Source: Myxococcota bacterium
Lineage (GTDB): Bacteria > Myxococcota_A > UBA9042 > PHBI01 > JAWLBL01
Direction: 5' to 3'
NCBI GenBank assembly: GCA_041687695.1
Contig: JAWLBL010000009.1
Coordinates: 43,634 to 107,633, forward strand
Length of the DNA: 64,000 nucleotides
A program made the translations under genes and the position numbers. Each line of letters starts with the position of its first letter. Position 1 is the first letter of the stretch. Below, piece by piece: positions 18,658 to 30,155 of this stretch. Below the pieces are notes generated by a model. The model saw nothing but the letters and a program-made list of their open reading frames with translations, did not search any database and had not been told where the DNA came from.

Positions 18658-19983
18658 CTAGAACTTGCCCATCAGCGACACGGTCAGCCCGTACAGCATC
18701 GTGTTGGCGGTGCGGAAGCGGGTCCCGATCGCGTCGTAGTTCTCGTTGTAGACCGGGCTGAACTCGTTCTCGCCGTTCGAGTTGACCGGCTCGACCTGGT
18801 TGCGGCCGTCCAGATCCTTGCCGGCGTCGGCCGCGGTCAGGAAGTGCGGCGTCTCGTAGCCGACGGTGAAGCGCGTGGTCAGCTCGAGGTGCTTGATCAT
18901 CTGGTAGCGCAGGCCGAACCAGCCGGTGAACGTGGCGTAGTTCTCGACGTCGGTGATGCCGTCGCTCTTGCGGCGCCGGCCGGTCGCCGGGTCGATGTCG
19001 CCGCGCGTGAAGGTCGTGAGATCACACGGCTCGCTGGTGTCGCGCGGGTCGCACTTGCTGGTCCCGAGGGCCTCGAAGAGATCGGTGTACTCGCGGCCCT
19101 CGAACTTGAAGCGGACGCTGCCGCCCAGGTCGAAGACGAAGGTCCGCTCGTCCCCGTGGTCCTCGAAGGGGATGATCTCGCTGCCCAGGGTGATGCCCAG
19201 CTCATGCCCGGGGCCCACCAGGGTCTGGGTCTTGCCGTAGTCGTCGAACAGGCTCTTGGCCGTGGGGATGTTCAGCTTGCCCGCGACCTTGAAGTAGGGC
19301 TGCAGGTAATCCGTGAAGCGCGACGACACGGCCGAGGAGATCTCGACCGCGAACACGCCCTCGCCGACCGCGGTGTTGTCGGCCTCCTTGACGCTGGCGA
19401 AGGGCAGCGTCAGATCGAGGCCGATGGCCCACGTCGGGCGCGTGAAGTCGCGCGTCCAGCTCATCGGGGCGAAGCGCACGCCGACGATGGGGTCCGCCAG
19501 GCCCGTCCGCTTTTCGCCCGTGAAGGGCAGGTTGAACAGGCTGGGCCGGTCCTCGGGGTCGACCGTCGAGTTGCCGGGGTAGACGCCGTCGGCGAAGCCC
19601 AGGGTCGTCCGGTCCGACAGGACCAGCGGCAGGCGCGCGTGCAGCTGCGCGTAGCGCCAGAAGGCCAGGGTCGCGTCGACGTTGAGCCGGTGGATGACGC
19701 GCTCGGTCGTCAGCTCGTCGACGTCGATGATGGTGCTGCCGTCCGGGCACAGGCCGCCCACCTGGCTGTCGTGCGACAGGCACCGGAACTCGCGCCGGAT
19801 GTCGCCGCCGCGGTGCAGCATGTCCCAGCCGACCTTCAGACCGAAGTCGAGGCCGGCGTCCGCCGAGCGGGCGAACGGGTCCAGGATGTCGGTCATCTCG
19901 GAGGCGAGCGCCGGCGCGGTGGTGACCGCTCCGAGTCCCAGGGCCGTCGCGCCCGCCAGCGTACGAAGCAACAGGTTCCGCAT
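18658..19983 (-). CDS. Exported protein, probable outer-membrane beta-barrel
   Basis: Sec signal (MRNLLLRTLAG...PALA), alternating amphipathic strands, C-terminal Phe (YGLTVSLMGKF). Confidence 0.65.
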   Translation of the reverse strand: MRNLLLRTLAGATALGLGAVTTAPALASEMTDILDPFARSADAGLDFGLKVGWDMLHRGGDIRREFRCLSHDSQVGGLCPDGSTIIDVDELTTERVIHRLNVDATLAFWRYAQLHARLPLVLSDRTTLGFADGVYPGNSTVDPEDRPSLFNLPFTGEKRTGLADPIVGVRFAPMSWTRDFTRPTWAIGLDLTLPFASVKEADNTAVGEGVFAVEISSAVSSRFTDYLQPYFKVAGKLNIPTAKSLFDDYGKTQTLVGPGHELGITLGSEIIPFEDHGDERTFVFDLGGSVRFKFEGREYTDLFEALGTSKCDPRDTSEPCDLTTFTRGDIDPATGRRRKSDGITDVENYATFTGWFGLRYQMIKHLELTTRFTVGYETPHFLTAADAGKDLDGRNQVEPVNSNGENEFSPVYNENYDAIGTRFRTANTMLYGLTVSLMGKF

Positions 19984-19991
19984 GTCCAGCC

Positions 19992-21424
<1,433 letters not shown>

Positions 21425-21428
<4 letters not shown>

Positions 21429-22849
21429 GCCTTCTCCACCTGTTGCTCGCCCGAACCGTCCCCGGCGTCGACGGGCGCCTCGAACCCGTGACGGTCGGTC
21501 GTCCGCACCACGGTGGCCTCGAGCGCGCCGCGATGCAAGATCACCTGGACCCCCTGCCCCGCCTGCACGTCACCCGACCGCCGCACCACGCGGCCGTCCG
21601 CGGTGCGCACGATAGCATAGCCGCGCTCGAGGCTGGCCGTGGGGCTGAGGTGCCCGAGGGCGCGCGTCAGCTGCGACAGGTGCCGCCGGTGGCGGTCGAG
21701 GTGCGCGCGGCCGCACCGCTCGAGCCGGTGCTGCAGGGCGCCCAGCGACGCGCGCGCCGCCCGCAGACGCACGCGAGGGTGCAGGTTGTGAAGGCGCCCG
21801 CTGGCGGCGGCGCAGCGCTCGCGGGCGCGGCCCACGCGGCGACGCATCGAGGCGTCGAGGCGCTGGACCTGGTCGTCGAGGCGCTGCTGCTGTTCGGCCA
21901 CCAGCCGACGCGGGTCGCCCAGGCGCAGGCGCTCGGCCCGCAGCGCCAGGCGCGCCTGGGCGAGCTGGCGCCGCATCGAGCGATCGAGGCGCTGCGTGTC
22001 GCGGCCCAGCGCGCGGACGAGGTCGTCGAAGGAGGGCACGACGCACTCGCCGGCGGCGGTCGGGGTCGGGGCGCGGCGATCGGCGACCAGATCGCTCAGC
22101 AGGGTGTCGGTCTCGTGGCCGACGGCGCTGACGACCGGCTTGGGGCAGGCGGCGATGGCGCGGGCGACGCGCTCGTCGTTGAAGGCCCACAGGTCTTCCA
22201 GGCTGCCGCCGCCGCGGCCGACGATGATGACGTCGACCTCGGGGTGGGCGGCCAGGCGCTCGAGGCCGCGGACCACGCTGGCGGCGGCGCCGTCGCCCTG
22301 GACCTGGCAGGGGTAGAGGAGCACCCGGGCCGGAAAGCGCCGATGGATGGTCGTCAGGATGTCCTGGATGGCGGCGCCGGTGGCGGCCGTGACGACGCCG
22401 ACCCGCCGCGGCAGGAACGGCAGGGGCCGCTTGCGCTCCTCGGACAGCAGGCCCTCGGCGGCCAGGCGCTGCTTGAGCTGCTCGAGCTGGGCCAGGAGCG
22501 ACCCCAGGCCGGCCTCGGCGACCCGCCGCACGACCAGCTGGTACTTGCCGTGGGGCGGGTAGACCTGCACGTCGCCCCAGGCGGTGATCTGCATCCCGTC
22601 GCGCAGCCGCACCGGCAGGCGCTGCGCCGTCGAGCGCCAGACGACACACGGCAGCTGGGCGCGGGCGTCCTTGAGCGTGAAGTACATGTGGCCCGACGAG
22701 GCCGGCCGCGCGCTGATGACCTCGCCCGTCACCGCCACGTTCGAGAAGGTGCCCTCGAGCGTGGCCTTGATGCCGAAGGTCAGCTCGGAGACGCTGACCG
22801 CCTCGTCGCGCGCGTGCAGTCCAGACGACGGCGCCGACGGCTCATGCAT
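21425..22849 (-). CDS. xseA: Exodeoxyribonuclease VII large subunit
   Basis: SGHMYFTLKD, GAAIQDI, GRGGGSLEDLWAFNDE, SAVGHETD, APTPTAA, LERGYA. ATG at 22849. Confidence 0.95.
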
Positions 22850-23022
22850 CGCTGCACGACCCGACCCGCAGAGCCTGAGGCCGTCCCGAACCCGTTCGCA
22901 CTGGCTAGTCCCTAATCGACGGAAACCTCGTCGGTTCTGCCCCAGCCGCGCCCCGCTGTCAACGCGCCCCGGCGGGCGGCGTTGGGCGGCCTTGACGCGG
23001 CGCGGCGTGGGTGCTAGAGGCC

Positions 23023-23178
23023 CCGCACGACGTTGCAGGAAGCCGGTGAGAGACCGGCGCTGCCCCCGCAACTGTGACCGGCGACGAGCCCGACGATGCA
23101 CCCACTAGCGCCCACGAAGGGAGGCTGGGAAGGGGTCGGGCGAGGGAGACCCGGGAGCCAGGATATTGCGACGTCGCG
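23023..23178 (+). promoter_or_regulatory. Cobalamin (B12) riboswitch
   Basis: AGGAAGCCGGTGAGAGACCGGC (23037-58), CTGCCCCCGCAACTGT (23060-75), CCACTAG, GGGAAGG and B12-box GAGCCAGGA (23155-63); closing helix GACGTTGCA/TGCGACGTC. Confidence 0.9.
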
Positions 23179-23312
23179 CAAACGGCACAGGACGCTTCGG
23201 GCGGAAGCGGATGTGGCCAGGTTCGCTGTGGATGTCCGCTGTGGATTCCACCCCCCGAGCCGGCTACCTTCGTCTCGAGCCCGACCCGGCACGACACGAC
23301 GAGGAGCTCGGG

Positions 23313-24701
23313 ATGAGGAACATGCGGAAGGCGGCGGCCCGGTGGGGGCTGGTGGTGCTGACGGGCGGAGCGCTGGCGATCGGGGCCTGCGGGGGCGACG
23401 GCGGCGGCTCGCAGCAGCCGGTGTCGGACGCGGACGTCGGCGAGACGACCGACGACGTGGGCAAGGACGCCGGCGCAGACCTGGTCGAGGGCGACGAGGG
23501 GCCGCAGCCCGACGTGGACGAGGAGGTCGGCGAGCCGGACGTCGTCGAGGACGCGTCCCAGGAGATCATGGAGCCCGACGTCGACGCGGTCGGCGACGAG
23601 GGCGGCGGCGAGGACGTCGAGGACGACGGCGTCGACGTGCCGACCGAGCCGTGCGGCGGCCCGTGCGACGAGGGCTTCGCCTGCGTCGACGACGTGTGCA
23701 TTCCCGAGTGCGGCGACGACGCCGAGGCGCTGCGGGCGGCGCTGTCGCCCCAGTGGCGCATCCTGGACGCGCACTGCCAGACGACCCTGGGCAGCCTGGC
23801 CTACCGGGTGCTGCCCTTCGGCCGGGTGCTCGAGCTGGTCGCCACCGAGGACGAGTCCTCGACGCGGCTCACCCTGAACGAGTGGAACCTGGGGACCGGG
23901 CCCAACGAGGTCACGGTGCTGGCCGAGCACGTGGTCCCCGGCAAGATGAGCGCCTGGGAGGTCTTCCCGGGCTACTACGTCGCGACCGACCCGGACGGCA
24001 CCGTCGCCTTCTTCGGCTACACGCTGGCCGACTTCAGCGGCGCCATCGTGCGCGTGGACCTGTCGACCTCGCCTGCGCCGACCTCGACCTTCAGCGCGCC
24101 GGGCAACTACGACGTCGCCGTGCTCGACGCCTCGACCATCCTGGTCAACGGCATCGGGGCCGTCGACAACGACGCCGGCCAGGGCGTCTACCGCGTGCAG
24201 TGGACCGACGGGGTCGCGTCCGCCACGCAGGTGGTCACGGGCCTGGGCTTCGCCAGCGGCGGCCTGGCCGTCGACGGCGATCTGATGATCGCGGGCGGCT
24301 TCGCCGACCCGTGGCCCGACTGCGACAACCCCGGCCAGGACAGCGACATCGCCGGCGGCAAGGTCTTCGCCATGAGCCTGTCGACCGTGCTCGAGGGCGC
24401 GGGCGTCGAGGCGCCGGTGGACGCCTGGTGCGCGACCAGCGAGCTCGCCGTGCCGGGGGACTTCCGCCTCGGGTTCAACGGGCAGCTCCTCGCCAAGGAC
24501 CTGTGGGCCGACCCGCCGGTGTACCTGACCGGCTTCGCGGTCGGGGTGACCGACGACGGCTACGGGATCACGGGCAGCGAGCCGCTGTCCCTGGACGCGA
24601 CCTACAAGGACGCGCGCCGGGTCTCCGGGACCACGCAGATGCTGCTGACGACCGAGAACGCCTTCATCGTGGTGGCGCCGGTCCTCGATCCCGCGCCCTG
24701 A
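23313..24701 (+). CDS. Riboswitch-controlled lipoprotein: acidic linker, Cys-rich module, beta-propeller-like domain
   Basis: Lipobox AIGAC after an AGGAG RBS; D/E-rich linker; PCGGPCDEGFACVDDVCIPEC; beta-rich C-terminus. Confidence 0.7.
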   Translation: MRNMRKAAARWGLVVLTGGALAIGACGGDGGGSQQPVSDADVGETTDDVGKDAGADLVEGDEGPQPDVDEEVGEPDVVEDASQEIMEPDVDAVGDEGGGEDVEDDGVDVPTEPCGGPCDEGFACVDDVCIPECGDDAEALRAALSPQWRILDAHCQTTLGSLAYRVLPFGRVLELVATEDESSTRLTLNEWNLGTGPNEVTVLAEHVVPGKMSAWEVFPGYYVATDPDGTVAFFGYTLADFSGAIVRVDLSTSPAPTSTFSAPGNYDVAVLDASTILVNGIGAVDNDAGQGVYRVQWTDGVASATQVVTGLGFASGGLAVDGDLMIAGGFADPWPDCDNPGQDSDIAGGKVFAMSLSTVLEGAGVEAPVDAWCATSELAVPGDFRLGFNGQLLAKDLWADPPVYLTGFAVGVTDDGYGITGSEPLSLDATYKDARRVSGTTQMLLTTENAFIVVAPVLDPAP

Positions 24702-24704
24702 TCG

Positions 24705-25544
24705 ATGAAACAGCTCACGTGGCGCCGCCCCGGGCTCGTCCCGGGCGCGGCGTGCGTCGCCGTGTGCCTGCTGGCCTGCGAAGAGCAGCCCAGGCCGACG
24801 GCTGACGCCTTCGCGGACGCCGCGATCGACGCCAGCGACGACCTGTCGCGGCTCGACGCGGACGAGGACGCCGAAGGCCCGGCCCTGCTGCCGGCCGCCG
24901 CGGCGGATCTCGTGGTGCACGCCCCCCACGCCACCGGCGCGGGGTTCCTGAACGCCGACCTCGCCGTCAACGGCGTGCGGGGCGGCGGCGAGACGAGCGG
25001 CAGCCTGGACGTGTTCTCGCTGCGGCTCGAAGCCGGCATGAACGACACGCTGGTGCTCGGCTGGTCGGATCGGCGCGTCGTCGACACGCCCGGCGTCGAC
25101 CTGGTCATCTTCGAGAACGCCTTCCGCACCAGCGGTGGCAAGGTGTTCATGGATCTGGCCGTGGTCGAGGTGTCGGCCGACGGCGAGAGCTGGGTCGCCT
25201 TCCCCCACGACTACCAGGCCGAAGACGAGACCAAGTACAAGGCGGACCCCGCGCTGTGGGTCGGCTTCGCCGGGCGGACGCCGGTCCTGCTGCACGCCGA
25301 GGACAACCCGGTCGACCCGTTCGACGCCAAGGCGGCGGGCGGCGACGGCTTCGATCTGGCCGACCTGCCGGGCGAGGCCGGAGAGGTCATCCGCGCGCAG
25401 GGCGTGCGCTTCGTCCGCATCGCCTCGGCGGCGGCGCGCGTCAACCCGGACACCGGGGCGAAGTTCCCGCGGGACGGCGCCTCGGACGGGCCCGACATCG
25501 ACGGCGTCTGGGCGCGCGCCCTGGTCGCCGACCCGGCGCCATGA
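24705..25544 (+). CDS. Cell-surface lipoprotein (LIC_13355-like), putative cobalamin-binding
   Basis: Lipobox LLAC; DLVIFENAF, VEVSADG..W..FP, GGDGFDLADL, RFVRI, DIDGV motifs resemble surface proteins recalled from B12-uptake loci. Confidence 0.65.
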   Translation: MKQLTWRRPGLVPGAACVAVCLLACEEQPRPTADAFADAAIDASDDLSRLDADEDAEGPALLPAAAADLVVHAPHATGAGFLNADLAVNGVRGGGETSGSLDVFSLRLEAGMNDTLVLGWSDRRVVDTPGVDLVIFENAFRTSGGKVFMDLAVVEVSADGESWVAFPHDYQAEDETKYKADPALWVGFAGRTPVLLHAEDNPVDPFDAKAAGGDGFDLADLPGEAGEVIRAQGVRFVRIASAAARVNPDTGAKFPRDGASDGPDIDGVWARALVADPAP

Positions 25545-26722
25545 AGCTCCGGGCCGCCCTGACAGCGCTGGCCCTGGCGGCCTGCGAGACCCCGCCCAGC
25601 CCCAAGAGCGCCGGCACCGGCGACCCCGGCGCCACGGGCCTGGCCGTGGTCTGCACCGACTACACCTCGACCTCGGTCGCGCTGGTCTCGGGCGACGCAC
25701 GCCGGACTCTGGCGCCGCTGCTGGTGCACTCGGGCAGCGTGTCGCCGCGCATCCAGACCGCGCTGGGGGGCGACGTCGACGTGCCGACCTCGCCACCGCC
25801 ACCCGGGACCGTGCTGCTCATCGACCGCTTCCCCAACGCGGTGCTGACCTTCGTCGAGCAGGCGACCGGGCGGGTGACGCGCCAGCTCAACGTGGGGTCG
25901 GCCTTTGGGGCCAACCCGCGCGACGCGCTGGTGCTGGCGGACGGGCGCGTGCTGGTCACGCGCTACGACGCCAACCCGCGGCCGGTGGATCCGCGGGGGT
26001 TCGACGGCGGCGACGACCTGATGGTGGTCGGAGAGGACGGTGCCTTCACGCAGCGCTTTGCGCTCACGGGCCCCGACGGGACGCCGGCGCGGCCCGACCG
26101 GCTGCTGCGGGTGGGGGACCTGGCCTGGGTCAGCCTGAACCGGGTGTCGGCCGACTTCGAGACCTACTACGAGGGGCGGCTGGCGCGGGTCGCGCTGGGG
26201 GGAGAGGGCTTGGAGCGCCTGCCGGACGTGCCGCTGGCGGGGACGGCGAACTGCGGGCCGCTGGCGCCCGCGGGCGACGGCCTGGCAGTGGCCTGCGGCG
26301 GGGCCTTCGACCGCGACGGCTGGAAGTACGAGGCTGCGACGGCGGCGCTGGTCGTCCTGGACGCGGCGGGCGGCGAGGTCGCGCGGCTGTCCGGGGCGGA
26401 CCCGCGGGTCGGGCGCGGCTTCGGGCGGGCGGTGGCGGTGGACGGCGCGGGGCGGGTGTACGGGACCGTCTATGGGGACCTGGGCGGCCAGGCCGACCGC
26501 GTGGTGCGGTGGGACCCGGCGGCGGACGCGATCGAGACGGTGTTCGTGGCGTCGGCGGCCTTCGTGCTCGACGGCCTCGTCGCGGCGGACGACGGGGTGG
26601 TGGTCGCCGCCGAGGCCGACCCGCAAGCGCCGCGCCTGTGCCGGCTGGAGGCCGAGGGGCCCCGGTGTCTGGACGCGTGCGCGGCGACCGGGCTGCCGCC
26701 GCGCACGCTGGGGCGCTTCTGA
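25541..26722 (+). CDS. Beta-propeller (YncE/BtuG-like) lipoprotein
   Basis: Lipobox LAAC; ATGA overlap with the upstream gene; TDYTS, IDRF, ANPRD and repeated beta-blade-like segments. Confidence 0.65.
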   Translation: MKLRAALTALALAACETPPSPKSAGTGDPGATGLAVVCTDYTSTSVALVSGDARRTLAPLLVHSGSVSPRIQTALGGDVDVPTSPPPPGTVLLIDRFPNAVLTFVEQATGRVTRQLNVGSAFGANPRDALVLADGRVLVTRYDANPRPVDPRGFDGGDDLMVVGEDGAFTQRFALTGPDGTPARPDRLLRVGDLAWVSLNRVSADFETYYEGRLARVALGGEGLERLPDVPLAGTANCGPLAPAGDGLAVACGGAFDRDGWKYEAATAALVVLDAAGGEVARLSGADPRVGRGFGRAVAVDGAGRVYGTVYGDLGGQADRVVRWDPAADAIETVFVASAAFVLDGLVAADDGVVVAAEADPQAPRLCRLEAEGPRCLDACAATGLPPRTLGRF

Positions 26723-26738
26723 GGAGGTCCGTGGCGGC

Positions 26739-27932
26739 TCAGTCGAGCTTGCGGACGAACTCGGCGAAGCGGCCGACGCCCTTGTCGATGTCGTCCATCG
26801 AGCAGGCGTAGCTGAGGCGGACGAAGCCGGGAGCGCCGAAGGGCTCGCCGGGGACGACCGCCACCAGGGCGTGCTCGAGGAGCAGCTCGGCGAGGCGCAG
26901 GTCCGTGCCGATGGCCTGGCCCTGGAACGTGCGGCCCAGCAGCGGCCGGACGTCCGGGAAGGCGTAGAAGGCGCCGCCGGGCAGCTGGCAGGTCACGCCG
27001 GGGATGGCGTTCAGCAGCTCGGTGATGCGGCGGCGGCGCGCGTCATAGGCGGCCTTCCATTCGTCGAGGAAGCCGTGGTCGCCGGTGATCGCGGCGATGG
27101 CGCCGTGCTGGGCGAACGTGACCGTGTTCGAGGTCGACTGGCCCTGCAGGGTCGCCATCTTGTTGATGAGCGCGGGCTGGGCGGCGGTGAAGCCGATGCG
27201 CCAGCCGGTCATGGCGTAGGTCTTGGAGGCGCCGTGGACGATGATGATGCGCTCGCGCAGGTCGGGGCGCTCGATGAGGATGTTGGCGAAGGGGCCCTCG
27301 TCGTAGCGCAGGAAGCTGTAGATGTCGTCGGTGATGACCCACAGGTCGTGCTCTTCGACGACCTGGGCGACCTCTCGGATGTTCTCGGCGGTGAGCACTG
27401 CGCCCGTGGGGTTGTTCGGGCTGTTGAGGACCAGGCCCACGGTGCGCGGCGTGATGGCGGCGCGCAGGGCGGCGATGTCGATCTTGAAGCCCTCTTCCGG
27501 GATGGTCGGGACGATGACCGGCTTGCCCTCGGCCAGCTTGACCTGGTCGGGGTAGCTGACCCAGTAGGGCGCCGGGATGATGACCTCGTCGCCGGGGTCG
27601 ACCAGGACCTGGAAGGCGTTGTAGAGCGAGTGCTTGCCGCCCGAGGAGACCAGGATCTGCTCGCGCTTGAAGGGCTGGCCGTAGATCTGCTCGAACTGCT
27701 TGGCGACGGCGTCGCGCAGGGCCGGCAGGCCGTGGACGGCCGAGTAGCCGGTGGCGCCGTTCTCGGCGGCCTTGCACATGGCGCTGGTGATGTGCGGCGG
27801 CGTCGGGAAGTCCGGCTCGCCGGCGCCGAAGCTGACGACGTCGTGGCCGGCGGCCTTGAGCTGCGCGGCCTGGTTGGTCACGGCCAGGGTGGCGGACGGG
27901 ACGACCTGTTGGATGCGGTGCGCGAACTTCAT
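26739..27932 (-). CDS. aspC: PLP-dependent aminotransferase class I/II (aspartate aminotransferase-like)
   Basis: AGEPDFPTP, PYWVSY, NSPNNPTG, DDIY, SKTYAMTGWRIG, RLSYA. Confidence 0.9.
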   Translation of the reverse strand: MKFAHRIQQVVPSATLAVTNQAAQLKAAGHDVVSFGAGEPDFPTPPHITSAMCKAAENGATGYSAVHGLPALRDAVAKQFEQIYGQPFKREQILVSSGGKHSLYNAFQVLVDPGDEVIIPAPYWVSYPDQVKLAEGKPVIVPTIPEEGFKIDIAALRAAITPRTVGLVLNSPNNPTGAVLTAENIREVAQVVEEHDLWVITDDIYSFLRYDEGPFANILIERPDLRERIIIVHGASKTYAMTGWRIGFTAAQPALINKMATLQGQSTSNTVTFAQHGAIAAITGDHGFLDEWKAAYDARRRRITELLNAIPGVTCQLPGGAFYAFPDVRPLLGRTFQGQAIGTDLRLAELLLEHALVAVVPGEPFGAPGFVRLSYACSMDDIDKGVGRFAEFVRKLD

Positions 27933-27961
27933 CGGGGGCGCGTGCTCCGGGTGGGCGGGGT

Positions 27962-28450
27962 TCAGGGCGCGGCGTAGCGGGCGCGAAGCGCGGCGTTGAC
28001 GTGCGGGGGGACGAGGGCGCCGACGTCGCCGCCGAGGGAGGCGACCTCCTTGACCAGCGACGACGAGACGTACGAGCCGACCGGCTCGGTCGACAGGAAG
28101 ACCGTCTCGAGGTCGGGGACCAGGTGGCGGTTCATCTGGCTCATCTGCAGCTCGTACTCGAAGTCGCTGGGCGCCCGCAGGCCGCGCAGGATGGCCTGCG
28201 CGCCCCGCTGGCGGGCGTAGCTCGCCAGCAGGCCCTCGAGGCTGTCGAAGTCGACCCGCGGGTCGCCGTCGAAGCACACGCGCAGCATCTCGATGCGCTC
28301 CTCGACGGTGAACAGGGGCTTTTTGCGGACGTTGATGGTCACCGCGACGATGACGCGATCGAACAGCCGCAGCCCCCGGCGGATGATGTCGAGGTGCCCC
28401 AGGGTCGGCGGATCGAATGACCCGGGGCAGATGGCGAGCGTCTCGGGCAT
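27962..28450 (-). CDS. coaD: Phosphopantetheine adenylyltransferase
   Basis: PGSFDPPTLGHLDI, RGLR..SDFEYE, SSSLVKE. Confidence 0.97.
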   Translation of the reverse strand: MPETLAICPGSFDPPTLGHLDIIRRGLRLFDRVIVAVTINVRKKPLFTVEERIEMLRVCFDGDPRVDFDSLEGLLASYARQRGAQAILRGLRAPSDFEYELQMSQMNRHLVPDLETVFLSTEPVGSYVSSSLVKEVASLGGDVGALVPPHVNAALRARYAAP

Positions 28451-28504
28451 GACCGGCGTCCTCCCGGACCGTCGTGTACACCAACGGCCCGCCGGTGGCC
28501 AGCG

Positions 28505-29065
28505 CTACCGGGGCGCCTCGCTCAACACCAGGGCCGTGTCGCCATAGCGCCGCCGGTCGACCACCGTCAGCCCGGCCGCCGCCCACGCGGCGTCGTCGCC
28601 CTCGCCTCCCGCGCGCTCCTCGGAGACGACCAGCGCCCCCGGCGCGAGCAGCCCGCGCGCGACCAGGCGCCCCGCCGTCGCCAGCCCCAGCCCCTTGTCC
28701 CAGGGCGGGTCCATGAAGACCAGCTCCCACGGCTCGCCGGCCTGGACCGCCTCGAGCGCGCCTGGCAGCTTGCCTCCGTGCAGGGTGACCAGCGCGCCGA
28801 CCCCCAGCGCCGCGACGTTGCCCTCGAGGACGCGGCGCGCGTCGCGGCCCGCCTCGAAGAAGTCGACCCGCGCCGCCCCGCGGCTGAGCGCCTCGAGCCC
28901 GAGCGCGCCCGTGCCGGCGAACAGATCCGCCACCCGGACCCCCTCGACGGCGTCACCCAGGATGCTGAAGAGGGCCTCGCGCACCCGGTCGGTGGTCGGC
29001 CGGGTGTCCAGGCCCCGCGGCGCCTTCAGCGCGCGGCCGCCGAAGCGCCCCGAGATGATCCGCAC
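28505..29065 (-). CDS. rsmD: 16S rRNA (guanine966-N2)-methyltransferase
   Basis: MRIISG..GGR, RPTTDRVREALF, DLFAGTGALGLEALSRGA, DPPW. Confidence 0.95.
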   Translation of the reverse strand: MRIISGRFGGRALKAPRGLDTRPTTDRVREALFSILGDAVEGVRVADLFAGTGALGLEALSRGAARVDFFEAGRDARRVLEGNVAALGVGALVTLHGGKLPGALEAVQAGEPWELVFMDPPWDKGLGLATAGRLVARGLLAPGALVVSEERAGGEGDDAAWAAAGLTVVDRRRYGDTALVLSEAPR

Positions 29066-29084
29066 GTGCCCGCTCGCCGCCGGC

Positions 29085-30143
29085 TCAGCGGGCCAGGTCG
29101 GAGCCGCGGTGCAGCGCGTGGAACAGCACCGTCACCACCGCCTCCCCGCCCAGCGCGAGATCCACGTCCCAGCGGCCGAAGCTGCACACGGTCCCCTCGA
29201 CCGCGTGCCCGTCGCGCAGCATCAGCTTGACGGGCGTGCCCGCCTCGAGCCGGTCGAGCAGGGCCTCGTCGGCGGGGCGCACGCGCTCCTTGCGATCGGT
29301 GGTGCCGCCGAGCCCTTCGGCGACGATGGCCTCGTCCTGGGTCGAGGCCGCGCGGGCCGCCTCGAGATCGTGGGCCGCGGCCATCAGCTTGACGTCGTGC
29401 TTGAGCAGCGTCTCGAGCGCCGCGCCGCCGTCGGGCTGGAAGTCGAAGTCGTAGATGCGCGCGTTCACGACGCGCCCGGTGACCCAGCCGCGGCCGAAGA
29501 CGCTCATCGCGACGTGCGCGCGGTCGACCTCGGCGCGCTTGGTCGCGTCCATGTCCAGCGGGTGCTTGCGGCTGCGGCGGATGCGCGTGACCAGCTGCGC
29601 GCGCTCCTTGGACAGGTGCCCCGAGGCGACCTGGCCGGCGAGCGAGCGCTCGAGCCCCTCGTGGCGCACCAGGCGCTCGAAGCGGTCCTTGCGCATCAGC
29701 GTCTTGAGCACCTCGTTGAGCGTCGCCTTGCCCTGCAGGATGCGGTGCGCGTGGGCCAGCGGGATGCCCTTCTCGGCGGCGAGCGCCTGCGCCTTGGCGC
29801 GACGCTCCAGCTTTTCGGGATCGTTGGCGCCGAGCTTGCGCGCCGGTCGCGCCTTGGGCGGCCCACCCGCAGGTCGGGGGCCGCGTCCCGGCGGTCCGCC
29901 GCGCCCGGCGCCGCGCGGGGGCAGGCCTCGCCGCTCGAACCGCTCGCCACCGCGACCTCCGCCACCTTCGCGCCGCCCGGGCTGACCGCCCTCGGAACGG
30001 CCGCCGGCCGCGTCGGCGCGCGGCGCGCTGGGGGCCGGCTCCTCACGGCGCGGGGGCTCGCGGCGCTGCGGCGCGTCCGGCCGGGCGCCGCCGCCCACGA
30101 TCTTACGGCGAGGCGGCGTGCTCTTGCTGTCCTGGTCGTTCAC
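29085..30143 (-). CDS. Hypothetical protein with RG-rich disordered N-terminus and two tandem Hfq/Sm-like domains
   Basis: GTG start 5 nt after GGAGG; the C-terminal DEALLDRLEAGTPVKLMLRDGHAVEGTVCSFGRWDVDL...VLFHAL aligns by eye to Hfq Sm1/Sm2; a second, more divergent copy ends LLKHDV. Confidence 0.65.
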   Translation of the reverse strand: MNDQDSKSTPPRRKIVGGGARPDAPQRREPPRREEPAPSAPRADAAGGRSEGGQPGRREGGGGRGGERFERRGLPPRGAGRGGPPGRGPRPAGGPPKARPARKLGANDPEKLERRAKAQALAAEKGIPLAHAHRILQGKATLNEVLKTLMRKDRFERLVRHEGLERSLAGQVASGHLSKERAQLVTRIRRSRKHPLDMDATKRAEVDRAHVAMSVFGRGWVTGRVVNARIYDFDFQPDGGAALETLLKHDVKLMAAAHDLEAARAASTQDEAIVAEGLGGTTDRKERVRPADEALLDRLEAGTPVKLMLRDGHAVEGTVCSFGRWDVDLALGGEAVVTVLFHALHRGSDLAR

Positions 30144-30155
30144 GGCCACCTCCGT

